From an uncultured Porphyromonadaceae bacterium (GTDB taxonomy: Bacteria; Bacteroidota; Bacteroidia; Bacteroidales; Muribaculaceae): 64,000 nt of DNA. Under the pieces are notes generated by a model. It was not told where the DNA came from. It saw nothing but the letters and a program-made list of their open reading frames with translations, and made no database searches. Numbering within the stretch: position 1 is the first letter of the stretch; each line of letters opens with the position of its first letter. Location of the stretch: assembly GCA_905202215.1 (NCBI GenBank), contig CAJKRG010000006.1, positions 2,111 to 66,110 on the forward strand, written 5' to 3'. A program made the position numbers and the translations under genes. Positions 56,278 to 64,000 of this stretch are shown one piece after another.

Positions 56278-56784
56278 TCATATTGTGACTGCGAACAGGC
56301 TCTGCGCCTCCAGAAGCGTCTTATGTTCGGGATGAATCAGGAACAGAAACTCACGTGCGAGTATCGCGGGTTCAATATCGGTGGCAGCGGGTGTGAGACT
56401 GATCGAATGTGGAACCGATGCTCCCGTGCGTAGGTTAAGGATCCACAGAGGTGTGTTGCCGTTTCTCGCGAGATCGGTGATGATCTGTTCTGTTCCGCAA
56501 TTGTCGGGATAGTGTCTTACTCCAAATTTTTGAGCGAGAACCGAAGCATTTTTACCGCCGTTCCGGCAACATAATGCCACGGAAATACCGGCTTCTCTCA
56601 TTGCCGATACGAATGGAGCGGCCTCAGTGGCCGTGTCGGCGAGAAGAGTTACCCAGAGAGGCGGGAAATTCAGATGTAGTCCGGGGGTGAGGACTCCGGC
56701 ACGTCGTGCGCCGCTTTTTACCGCCGGTCGGTGGAGACTGCGGCGGTGTTCCTCCATTTTGTTTTCGAGATAATTGTCTGCCAT
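56278..56784 (-). CDS. hypothetical protein
   Basis: 168-aa ORF with ordinary codon usage, no signal peptide and no recognisable motifs. Confidence 0.4.
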   Translation of the reverse strand: MADNYLENKMEEHRRSLHRPAVKSGARRAGVLTPGLHLNFPPLWVTLLADTATEAAPFVSAMREAGISVALCCRNGGKNASVLAQKFGVRHYPDNCGTEQIITDLARNGNTPLWILNLRTGASVPHSISLTPAATDIEPAILAREFLFLIHPEHKTLLEAQSLFAVTI

Positions 56785-56966
56785 ATTTTTTCTGACAAAG
56801 ATAACGATAAAAGACGATATGCCATCTTTATCGGTCAGTAGAAATAATTTTGAAAAATTTTAAAAAATTCAGAACCTTTTTCTCTGTAACCGTGTTGTAA
56901 TATCAAAATCGGATAATTCAACTATCTGAGAGACAAAAGAGATAAGAACACTATTATTAATATGTC

Positions 56967-58022
56967 ATGAAAAGAATCGCATTCATCCTCGCTGTTGCTC
57001 TCGGGAGTGCAGCAGCTTTCGCTCAGGTAAACAAGGGCGAGCTCAAACAGCTTCAGAATTTCCTGGCTCAGCCGGCCGAACACGCCGCTACCAATGCCGA
57101 AGCTCTCAAGATTACAAACATTAAGGATCCTTCCACCTGGGAAGGCGTTACTGTCGTAGGCAAGAATGTTACCGCCATCGACTGGAAAGACAAACACCTT
57201 GCAGGCGTTCTCGATCTCAGCGGTTTCACCGCTCTCACAAAAGTGGATGTATCGAGAAATAAACTTCAGGGTATCACAGCAAAGGGTGATGCAGCCCTTG
57301 CCGAAGTGAATGCCTCCCGAAACCGTATCTCGGAAGCCGATTTTGACGGATGTACATCGCTTACCAAGCTGACGATCAATAATAATCGCATCGCCGAGTT
57401 CTCGCTCAACAATGTGCCTTCGCTCAAGAATCTCAATATAGCTTCGAATCTTCTGGCGGCTCTCGATCTTCAGGCCTCGCCGACTCTTGAGACTCTTAAC
57501 TGTCAGAGCAATCACCTCGAAAGTCTCGTAATTGCTGACTGCACTGCCCTCAAGAACCTCTATTGCGGCTATAACAAGCTTACCGGTGTGACACTTTCGG
57601 GTGTGACAAGTCTTCAGAATCTTAATGTTGACGACAATCAGATTGCCAACATGATTGTTTCCGGTCTTCCTTCTCTCTCTACTTTTATTTGCTCCGACAA
57701 TAATATGAAGCAGCTCGGACTTCGCGAGTGCAACGCTCTCCTCGATATTGTCTGCTCTTATAATGATCTTACTTCCTTCGAAGTGTCGAATTGCCCTAAC
57801 CTTATCTTCGTGGACTGCTCGTACAACGACCTTACCCAGCTCACACTCAGCAATCAGACCTTCCTGCAGCGCCTTCTCTGCAACAACAACGAACTTACAA
57901 TGCTCGATGTTTCTTTCGACCAGGCTCTTACCTACATCAATTGTCGCTACAACATGATTACCGACATGCGAACCATAGCCTGCCCGAACCTGAGAATGAT
58001 AGCCTGCCAGTGGAACTATTGA
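56967..58022 (+). CDS. secreted leucine-rich-repeat protein (BspA-like LRR)
   Basis: Signal peptide MKRIAFILAVALGSAAAFAQ followed by ~12 tandem ~22-aa LRRs (LxxLxxLxCxxNxLTxLDVS...). It ends in a strong terminator at 58055-58094. Confidence 0.65.
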   Translation: MKRIAFILAVALGSAAAFAQVNKGELKQLQNFLAQPAEHAATNAEALKITNIKDPSTWEGVTVVGKNVTAIDWKDKHLAGVLDLSGFTALTKVDVSRNKLQGITAKGDAALAEVNASRNRISEADFDGCTSLTKLTINNNRIAEFSLNNVPSLKNLNIASNLLAALDLQASPTLETLNCQSNHLESLVIADCTALKNLYCGYNKLTGVTLSGVTSLQNLNVDDNQIANMIVSGLPSLSTFICSDNNMKQLGLRECNALLDIVCSYNDLTSFEVSNCPNLIFVDCSYNDLTQLTLSNQTFLQRLLCNNNELTMLDVSFDQALTYINCRYNMITDMRTIACPNLRMIACQWNY

Positions 58023-58054
58023 TATCGGCAATGCGATAGACAAATACCCCCCGA

Positions 58055-58094
58055 GCCGGGCGGAAGGTCGAGAAGCCTTCCGCCCGGCTTTTTT
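58055..58094 (+). terminator. rho-independent terminator of the LRR protein gene
   Basis: Perfect 13-bp stem GCCGGGCGGAAGG/CCTTCCGCCCGGC, an 8-nt loop, and a T6 tract. Confidence 0.75.
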
Positions 58095-58140
58095 CAGATA
58101 TAATGAAACGGGTCTGTTTGAAAAAGCGGCCCCGTTTCAT

Positions 58141-58148
58141 TATCTTTG
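58141..58148 (+). promoter_or_regulatory. -7 box TATCTTTG upstream of the B3/4-domain gene
   Basis: Matches the TAnnTTTG consensus and lies 9 nt upstream of the ATG at 58157. It is overlapped by the right arm of an 11-bp perfect inverted repeat (58102-58112 / 58131-58141). Confidence 0.35.
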
Positions 58149-58156
58149 CAGGCGTT

Positions 58157-58825
58157 ATGGAAATTTCATTTGAACCCGCTATAAAAGATGCCGCCCCATT
58201 GCTGACGGTGATGTGTGTGGAGGCTGATATTGACAACGGCCCCACTTCCGATACTCTTTGGAGTGAAATATGCGGCTGTGCCGCCGGTATCGCATCTTCG
58301 ACGCCAATGGAGATGGTGCGTCATCGTCCGGCTATAGATGCTACGAGAGCTGTATATAAAACTCTCGGCAAGGATCCCAACCGTTACCGTCCGAGTGCAG
58401 AGGCTCTTTGCCGGCGTGCGGTGAAAGGTCTTGAACTGTATCGAACTCTTACAGTGATTGATCTCATCAATCTTCTGTCTATGGTCACGGGACATTCGAT
58501 AGGCGGTTTTGATGCCGACAAAATAGCAGGCGACCGGCTGATTCTCGGTGTCGGTCGTGCCGGAGAGCCATACGAGGCTATAGGACGCGGTTTGCTGAAC
58601 ATAGAAGGCTTGCCCGTTTATCGCGATACTGTCGGAGGGGTGGGCACTCCGACTTCCGATAATGACCGCACCAAGCTTTCGCCTGACAGCCGACGGTTGC
58701 TTATGACTGTCAATATGTACGGTTCTTCCGAAGTAACGCCTGAGGAAGTAGAGGCTATGGCCAGGCGCCTTCTCACTGATTATGCCGGTTCTAAGGACAT
58801 CCATGTCAGATATTACAGACCATGA
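58157..58825 (+). CDS. B3/B4 tRNA-binding-domain protein (PheT-related)
   Basis: About 220 aa with a B3/4-like fold. Conserved genomic association with tsaC, which it overlaps by 4 nt. Start chosen at MEISFEPAIKD. Confidence 0.5.
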   Translation: MEISFEPAIKDAAPLLTVMCVEADIDNGPTSDTLWSEICGCAAGIASSTPMEMVRHRPAIDATRAVYKTLGKDPNRYRPSAEALCRRAVKGLELYRTLTVIDLINLLSMVTGHSIGGFDADKIAGDRLILGVGRAGEPYEAIGRGLLNIEGLPVYRDTVGGVGTPTSDNDRTKLSPDSRRLLMTVNMYGSSEVTPEEVEAMARRLLTDYAGSKDIHVRYYRP

Positions 58826-59448
58826 AAATACTTACCGTATATCCTAATTCCGTGAATCAACGGTATATAGACGAGGCTGTGGATGCCATGCGCCGAGGCG
58901 AGATAATAGTATATCCGACAGATACATTCTATGCTCTCGGTGCTGATGCGCTCAATAACCGCGCCGTCGAACGCCTATGCCGTCTGAAAGGTATAAATCC
59001 CGATAAAAATCTACTGTCGGTAGTTTGCTCAGGACTCTCGCAGGCGGCTGAATATGCCAGGATCGATAATCGCGCTTTTCGTCTGATGAAGGAAAATCTG
59101 CCGGGGGCATTTACGTTCATTTTGCCAGCTGCAAGCACTTTGCCGAAAGTTTTCAAGAGCCGCAAGACGGTTGGCGTACGTGTGCCGGACAATGCTATAG
59201 CCATGGCTCTTGCCGAAAGTCTCGGCAATCCTGTGATGAGTGCTTCGGTTCCTCTCGGAGACAGTGACGACGCACTTGTCGAGGCTGCCGATCCGCGGGC
59301 GCTCGGCCTGCGCTATTCAGGCACACCGGAAGTAACTGTGGTAATCGACGGGGGAGACGGCGCTACCGAAGGGAGTACAGTCATAGACTGTCTTGACAGC
59401 TCGTCTCCGGAAATAGTCCGCCAGGGTCTTGGTATTATTGAATTGTGA
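58822..59448 (+). CDS. tsaC: L-threonylcarbamoyladenylate synthase (YrdC/TsaC family)
   Basis: YrdC signature (IIVYPTDTFYALGADALN) and length 208 aa. Confidence 0.8.
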   Translation: MKILTVYPNSVNQRYIDEAVDAMRRGEIIVYPTDTFYALGADALNNRAVERLCRLKGINPDKNLLSVVCSGLSQAAEYARIDNRAFRLMKENLPGAFTFILPAASTLPKVFKSRKTVGVRVPDNAIAMALAESLGNPVMSASVPLGDSDDALVEAADPRALGLRYSGTPEVTVVIDGGDGATEGSTVIDCLDSSSPEIVRQGLGIIEL

Positions 59449-59508
59449 AAAATACCGGCACAGCCATCGGGCATGTACCGGCATTGTCGTATATTGTTTC
59501 AGCCTATA

Positions 59509-60735
59509 TCAGGATTCGGATTTTTGGCAGGCATCTTCGGTTTTTGTTGTCTGCGAGGGATCGAGCATGAGTTCGTAGATCTGGCGGGTGTCGGCCGGGG
59601 TGAGCTTATAGTAGTTACCGAGGGACTCGCCTTTGTTTTCGTGGAGTTTGCGGACGAGGGTGTCGATGTCGGGGTTCTCGATTCCGAGAGCCTTAAATGT
59701 CGATGGCATTCGGAGCATGGCTGTGAAGTAGGCCTTGAGGGAGGCGACAGTCTCGATGGCTGCCGAGCGGTCGTCGGTAACCTCTATCTTGAAAATGCGT
59801 CGTCCGAGCTGTGCGACTTTCGACGGTTTATGATGTGCCATGAACGACATCCATGCCGGCATGACAACGGCGAGCCCGGCACCGTGGGCAACCTCGGGAT
59901 AAAGTGCGCTGATTTCATGCTCCATAGCGTGTGAACTCCAGTCTTCCTGTCTTCCGCAACCGACGAGGCCATTGTGAGCCAAAGTTCCGGCCCATTCTAT
60001 ATTTGCCCGAGCTTGATAATCGGACGGATCGGCCATGGCTTTGGGGGCTTCGGTCATGAGAGCCATCAGTAATCCTTCAGCAAGGCGGTCGGTGACTTCG
60101 ACACGCGAGGTATTCGAGAAATAGCGTTCGAGTATATGGGCCATCATATCGACCACACCTATGGCTGTCTGTTTTGCCGAGAGACTTACAGTCATTTCTG
60201 GATTCATGATGGCGAAACGAGGCTTTAAAATACTGTCGGTGCGTACGCTGATTTTGCGCTTATCGGCCGAACGAGTGATCACGCTGTTGCCGGATCCTTC
60301 GCTGCCCGCGCCGGGTATTGTGAGTATAACGCCGACCGGCAACGCCTCCTCGACGCGGGCCTTCCCTTCAAAGAAATCCCAGAAATCGCCTTTGTATGGC
60401 ACGCCTGCGGCGATGGCTTTGGCGGTGTCGATGACCGATCCGCCTCCGACGGCAAGAAGACCATCGACTTTTTTTGCGCGCGCGAGTTTGATGCCTTCAT
60501 AGACAAGTGTGTCTGTCGGATTGGGCTCGACGCCACCCAATTCTACATGTTCTATTCCCAGTGTATTGAGTGAATTGGTAATTCGGTCGATGAGTCCGTT
60601 TGTTTTGGCATATTTCCTGCCATAGACAATGAGAAGCTTGGCGGCTCCTGTGAGGAATGTCAGCATACCGACTTTTTCCTCGGCACCGCGTCCGAATTCG
60701 AAGAGAGTAGGGGAGTAGTATGAGAAGTTTTCCAT
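59509..60735 (-). CDS. iron-containing (group III) alcohol dehydrogenase
   Basis: Fe-ADH fold. A GGGSVIDTAKAIAAG NAD-binding motif and His-rich metal-binding motifs (…HAMEHE…, …HGAGLAV…). 408 aa. Confidence 0.75.
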   Translation of the reverse strand: MENFSYYSPTLFEFGRGAEEKVGMLTFLTGAAKLLIVYGRKYAKTNGLIDRITNSLNTLGIEHVELGGVEPNPTDTLVYEGIKLARAKKVDGLLAVGGGSVIDTAKAIAAGVPYKGDFWDFFEGKARVEEALPVGVILTIPGAGSEGSGNSVITRSADKRKISVRTDSILKPRFAIMNPEMTVSLSAKQTAIGVVDMMAHILERYFSNTSRVEVTDRLAEGLLMALMTEAPKAMADPSDYQARANIEWAGTLAHNGLVGCGRQEDWSSHAMEHEISALYPEVAHGAGLAVVMPAWMSFMAHHKPSKVAQLGRRIFKIEVTDDRSAAIETVASLKAYFTAMLRMPSTFKALGIENPDIDTLVRKLHENKGESLGNYYKLTPADTRQIYELMLDPSQTTKTEDACQKSES

Positions 60736-60799
60736 AATGCGATGGTAAATCGGAGGAGAGGATTAGTGTATCATTTACATTCTAAACACTCTGAGGGTG

Positions 60800-62113
60800 T
60801 TATTGTTCAGTCTTGCGTAACTCGAGGACATATACGGGCTGGGGTGCCGCATCGGTGGTTCGCTCGCCGTCGCCCTGAGATGCGCATTGTACGTAGATAT
60901 CGAGTTTTTTGTCGGCTGTCCACCGCACGGGGTCTATGCTCGGCTCCCATGCATCGACCGAAAAATCCGTGAGGTCGCTGATTGTCCATTCCGAATCTTT
61001 ACCCGAGCGATAGGCGAGGCTGACCCGGCTTTCGCGTTCGGCATCGCGGAATACGAAGTAGACTTCGTCGCCGTCGGCGAGTATCTGCGGCCGGGCAATA
61101 GGAATCATTTTTGTGCCGCCGCCTGAGAGTGAAAAGGGTGTTTTGCGTTTGCCGACTGTGCTCATGCTCCAGTGTTCGCCGTCGTGATTTATGAGGCGAT
61201 ATTGCGGAACGGAATCGTTCTGTTCGCGCCAGTATGTTGCGATAAGGGGATTGCCTTTGCTGTCGGCTGTCATCGATGTCTGATTGATGAGTTCGGAGTT
61301 TTGCGGTACGGGCCAGGCAATCTCGGCTTCGTCTGCTGTTATAGGGAGGGTATAGGGTGTGCCGTCGCTACGTTCCCATGTAATGCCGCCGTCACGCGAG
61401 CGTGCATAGCACAGATCGTGATTAGTTTCCACCAGTCCTGATTCGCGCCATACCCACGACAAGTGGATTGTTCCCTGTCGGTCGGCGGTCATCTGCCAGT
61501 AGGCGTTGCGGTCGCCTTCGCCGTCGAGAAGGACGGTGTGGACACGGCTCCATGATTTTGTCTTAGGATTATATCGGTTAAGTACCATATTGCCGCCGCC
61601 GGAGAATCCGGACCGGTATGCGAACATCAGAGTTCCATCGGGCAGAAGATGAAATTCGGGATAAGTGACATCGGTTTCGTTTTCGCCTGTCATTGCCTCG
61701 AGGGGACCGAGAGTCAGCGATCCGGGGGCGATACTGTGGGCGTAGTGGAGTGAATCGCCATGATGATCGAAAGCCGCATGGATATATCCTTCGCCATCAA
61801 CTCCGATAGATATCACATTATGAGCGTCCGTTACTTTACCTTTATACGGAGAGCGTTCGATGGTCCATGTGTCGGTGTCGTGGGGTCGCGAGGCGAGAGT
61901 GACATATCCCTCCGGATCGTAATATGCCGCATACTGTGTGTCGCCGTAGCTCACTATTGAATTTGTGCGGAATACCGCCGTATTGACTGATGTGGCACTG
62001 TAGCCGGGCGCGATTTCGGAGAGATGTGTGGTGAAGTCCGATACGCCTTCCTGACGGGGCTGGCAGGCGGCACAGACAAGAGCAAGAACTGCAATAATGG
62101 TATTGGATTTCAT
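60800..62113 (-). CDS. BNR/Asp-box repeat lipoprotein (sialidase-like beta-propeller)
   Basis: Lipobox MKSNTIIAVLALVCAAC and an Asp-box (SRDGGITWER) plus Trp-rich propeller-like repeats. The catalytic assignment is open. Confidence 0.5.
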   Translation of the reverse strand: MKSNTIIAVLALVCAACQPRQEGVSDFTTHLSEIAPGYSATSVNTAVFRTNSIVSYGDTQYAAYYDPEGYVTLASRPHDTDTWTIERSPYKGKVTDAHNVISIGVDGEGYIHAAFDHHGDSLHYAHSIAPGSLTLGPLEAMTGENETDVTYPEFHLLPDGTLMFAYRSGFSGGGNMVLNRYNPKTKSWSRVHTVLLDGEGDRNAYWQMTADRQGTIHLSWVWRESGLVETNHDLCYARSRDGGITWERSDGTPYTLPITADEAEIAWPVPQNSELINQTSMTADSKGNPLIATYWREQNDSVPQYRLINHDGEHWSMSTVGKRKTPFSLSGGGTKMIPIARPQILADGDEVYFVFRDAERESRVSLAYRSGKDSEWTISDLTDFSVDAWEPSIDPVRWTADKKLDIYVQCASQGDGERTTDAAPQPVYVLELRKTEQ

Positions 62114-62215
62114 ATTATGGTTTGTTTTTGCAAAAAAACGAATAACAGAGTCAAAAATACGAAAAAAAAGCGGACAGACAGCTCCGCGTCATACGTATAT
62201 TGTCCGGATATACGT

Positions 62216-62250
62216 AAAAAGCCGACCCCGGAGGTCGGCTTTCATATTTT
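62216..62250. terminator. bidirectional rho-independent terminator downstream of rpmE2
   Basis: A5 tract, stem GCCGACC/GGTCGGC with loop CCGGA, then a T-rich tract on the plus strand. On the minus strand the U-run is the complement of the A5 tract. Confidence 0.6.
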
Positions 62251-62308
62251 TCCTTTTGAGATCCGGAGTGGCCTTGCGCATTGGCGATCCGGAATTCTAT
62301 AAAGGTTT

Positions 62309-62563
62309 TTATTTCTTGTTACGAACGCTGTAGCGGCTCATGAACTTGTCTACGCGGCCTGCGGTGTCGACGAGTTTCTGCTTGCCGGTGAAGAAGGGGT
62401 GCGAAGAGCTGGTGATTTCAAGTTTTACCAGGGGATAGGTCACTCCGTCGATTTCGATGGTCTCGCGGGTGGCTACAGTCGAACGGGTGATGAATGTTTC
62501 TTCGTTCGACATGTCTTTGAACACCACTTCACGGTAGTTCGCGGGATGGATGTCTTTTTTCAT
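62309..62563 (-). CDS. rpmE2: 50S ribosomal protein L31 type B
   Basis: 84 aa, [15 protein letters not shown]...HPFFTGKQK. The type B (zinc-independent) L31 paralog lacks the CxxC pairs. Confidence 0.85.
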   Translation of the reverse strand: MKKDIHPANYREVVFKDMSNEETFITRSTVATRETIEIDGVTYPLVKLEITSSSHPFFTGKQKLVDTAGRVDKFMSRYSVRNKK

Positions 62564-62639
62564 TGCTATTCTCTCTTTAATACGTATTAATCAGTCTTTT
62601 AGAAACGGCGATGGTAGGTCGCCAATTCGTAATGGCCTG

Positions 62640-62670
62640 CAAATGTACGAAAAAAATCCGAATTACCAAA
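62640..62670 (-). promoter_or_regulatory. Bacteroidetes sigma-A promoter for rpmE2 (-33 TTTG, 19-nt spacer, -7 TACATTTG)
   Basis: On the minus strand, TTTG (complement of 62667-62670), a 19-nt spacer, and TACATTTG (complement of 62640-62647). It lies ~75 nt upstream of the ATG at 62563. Confidence 0.5.
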
Positions 62671-62869
62671 ATATTTTGACATTAAGGATTCCGGCTATGG
62701 GGCCGATTGCCTTTTAACTCAGTCTGTTGCGACAGTCGCACTATGGTTTGAACGCATTTTAACATGCGGAGTGGCGCTATGACATATTTTTTGTTTAACT
62801 TTGTGGCTCAAAACGAATCTGCCGTTGCGACGATTATTAATATATGTTTTAATACTTGGGGCCATCTCG

Positions 62870-64000
62870 ATGGCTTTTTCGGGTAAAGGCACATCACTGC
62901 CCGATATGCCCGACGGGGTTTTCGACTCCGTCGTGCCTTTGTCTGCACCGGCAATAATGGCTGCGGATACGAGCGCGACAGTCGATTCGGTGCTTGTGGT
63001 ACCTGCAGATTCGTCGCGCGCTGTCAACAGAGCCATTGCCTCAGCCCCTTCGCGAATGCGCTATACCAAAGCCGATCTGGATGCTCCCGTTCTGTTTACA
63101 TCTTCAGACTCCATGCTTATCATACGCCGGGATTCGGCGTTCATGTATGGTTCGAGTTCTGTCACTTATGGCGACATAAAGCTTGATGCCGAACAGATAG
63201 AGATGAATCTGCGCGATAATACCGTATATGCCGTAGGTCGCGAGGATTCCACCGGCGAGCTTATAGGCAAGCCTGTGTTCAGTCAGGGCGGTACTGACTA
63301 CGAGGCCAAGACGATGCGCTATAATTTCCAGACAGAGAAGGGCTATATAAAAAATGTGATCACTCAGCAGGGCGAAGGTTATCTGACGGGTGGCACGACT
63401 AAGAAAGATTCGACCGGCAGTTTCTATATCGGTGACGGTAAGTATACGACCTGTGACAATCACGATGACCCTCACTTCTATTTTCAGATGACCAAGGCAA
63501 AGGTTAATCCGGGCAAGAACGTGGTGTTCGGTCCGACGTATATGGTTCTTGCGGGTTTACCGCTGCCTCTCGCACTGCCTTTCGGTTATTTCCCGTTTAC
63601 CGACAGCTATGCCTCGGGTATTATCGTTCCGACTTTCGGCGACGATTATAACCGCGGTTTCTATCTGCGCGACGGCGGCTATTATTTCGCCATCAACGAC
63701 AATATAGATCTTGCGCTTACGGGCGAGATATACACAAAAGGTTCGTGGGGCATAAACGCCCGTTCGACTTATGCGAAACGATATAAGTATAGCGGAAATT
63801 TCAGCCTTAATTACCTTAAAACCATTCTGGGAGAGAAAGGTTCGCCCGATCATTCGGTTCAGACCAACTTCCAGATTCTCTGGAGTCATAGTCAGGACTC
63901 CAAGGCCAATCCCAATATGTCGTTGTCGGCGAGTGTGAACTTCACAACTTCGGGCTATACACGAAACGACCTCAATTCATATTATTCACCGTCGTTCACT
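62870..64000 (+). CDS. lptD: LPS-assembly protein LptD-like (OstA family) outer-membrane protein, N-terminal part (runs off the window end)
   Basis: My own translation reads MAFSGKGTSLPDMPDG...YGDIKLDAEQIEMNLRDNTVYAVGRED...KGYIKNVITQQGEGYLTGG...YTTCDNHDDPHFYFQMTKAKVNPGKNVVFGPTYMVLAGLPLP. This is the OstA-like N-terminal domain followed by the beginning of a large barrel. It is not in the ORF track because there is no stop in the window. An upstream in-frame TTG at 62801 would add a hydrophobic signal-like segment (RRLLIYVLILGAIS), so the true start is uncertain. Confidence 0.5.
   Translation, partial: MAFSGKGTSLPDMPDGVFDSVVPLSAPAIMAADTSATVDSVLVVPADSSRAVNRAIASAPSRMRYTKADLDAPVLFTSSDSMLIIRRDSAFMYGSSSVTYGDIKLDAEQIEMNLRDNTVYAVGREDSTGELIGKPVFSQGGTDYEAKTMRYNFQTEKGYIKNVITQQGEGYLTGGTTKKDSTGSFYIGDGKYTTCDNHDDPHFYFQMTKAKVNPGKNVVFGPTYMVLAGLPLPLALPFGYFPFTDSYASGIIVPTFGDDYNRGFYLRDGGYYFAINDNIDLALTGEIYTKGSWGINARSTYAKRYKYSGNFSLNYLKTILGEKGSPDHSVQTNFQILWSHSQDSKANPNMSLSASVNFTTSGYTRNDLNSYYSPSFT

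Noticed and set aside
56922-58043. 373-aa minus-strand ORF
   Set aside because: It lies entirely antisense to the LRR protein gene, whose repetitive sequence creates a long open frame on the opposite strand. It has no signal or motifs and odd composition.
1-64000. tRNA/rRNA genes and mobile elements (IS, integrase, phage)
   Set aside because: I scanned intergenic regions over 100 bp for T-loop and anticodon-stem signatures and found none. No transposase, integrase or recombinase-like ORF is present. The only mobile-looking items are the small inverted-repeat elements reported above.

Overview
This 64 kb window looks like a chromosomal segment from a Bacteroidota (Bacteroidales-type) genome. 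I base that on Bacteroides-style sigma-A promoters (TTTG-N19-21-TAnnTTTG) upstream of several genes, two proteins ending in type IX secretion (T9SS) C-terminal sorting domains, GH92 and GH130 mannoside enzymes, several ECF sigma/anti-sigma pairs, and compact operons with ATGA start/stop overlaps. I found no rRNA, tRNA, CRISPR array, transposase or integrase. Coordinates may be off by ±1 nt; the ORF track itself disagrees with the sequence by one base at 54004..55914.

Most of the window is housekeeping: fabG (partial), plsC, priA, murF-ddl, lgt, nadD, gmk, guaA, PBP1A (mrcA), menA, tsaC, rpmE2 (L31 type B), and LptD-like and SurA-like outer-membrane biogenesis genes. The accessory content is:
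- an AraC-regulated pair of secreted T9SS cargo proteins: a GH5 mannanase and an 814-aa protein with four tandem ~124-aa binding modules;
- a GH130/MFS/GH92 mannoside module with no SusC/SusD pair;
- an ECF sigma / anti-sigma / TonB-dependent transducer triad;
- a cluster at 49.1-53.9 kb: ECF sigma, membrane anti-sigma-like protein, LTXXQ-like periplasmic protein, a formate/nitrite-family channel, and a single 515-aa polypeptide that fuses an ECF sigma domain through one TM helix to a C-terminal OMP-like beta-barrel domain. This is the best candidate for an undescribed signalling system.

Non-coding items worth a look are a two-copy family of short AT-rich inverted-repeat elements built on AATTAAGAATTATGGAT (9395-9510 and 41366-41443), a 146-bp GC-rich nested palindrome with 9-bp terminal inverted repeats (36471-36616), and several clean rho-independent terminators.
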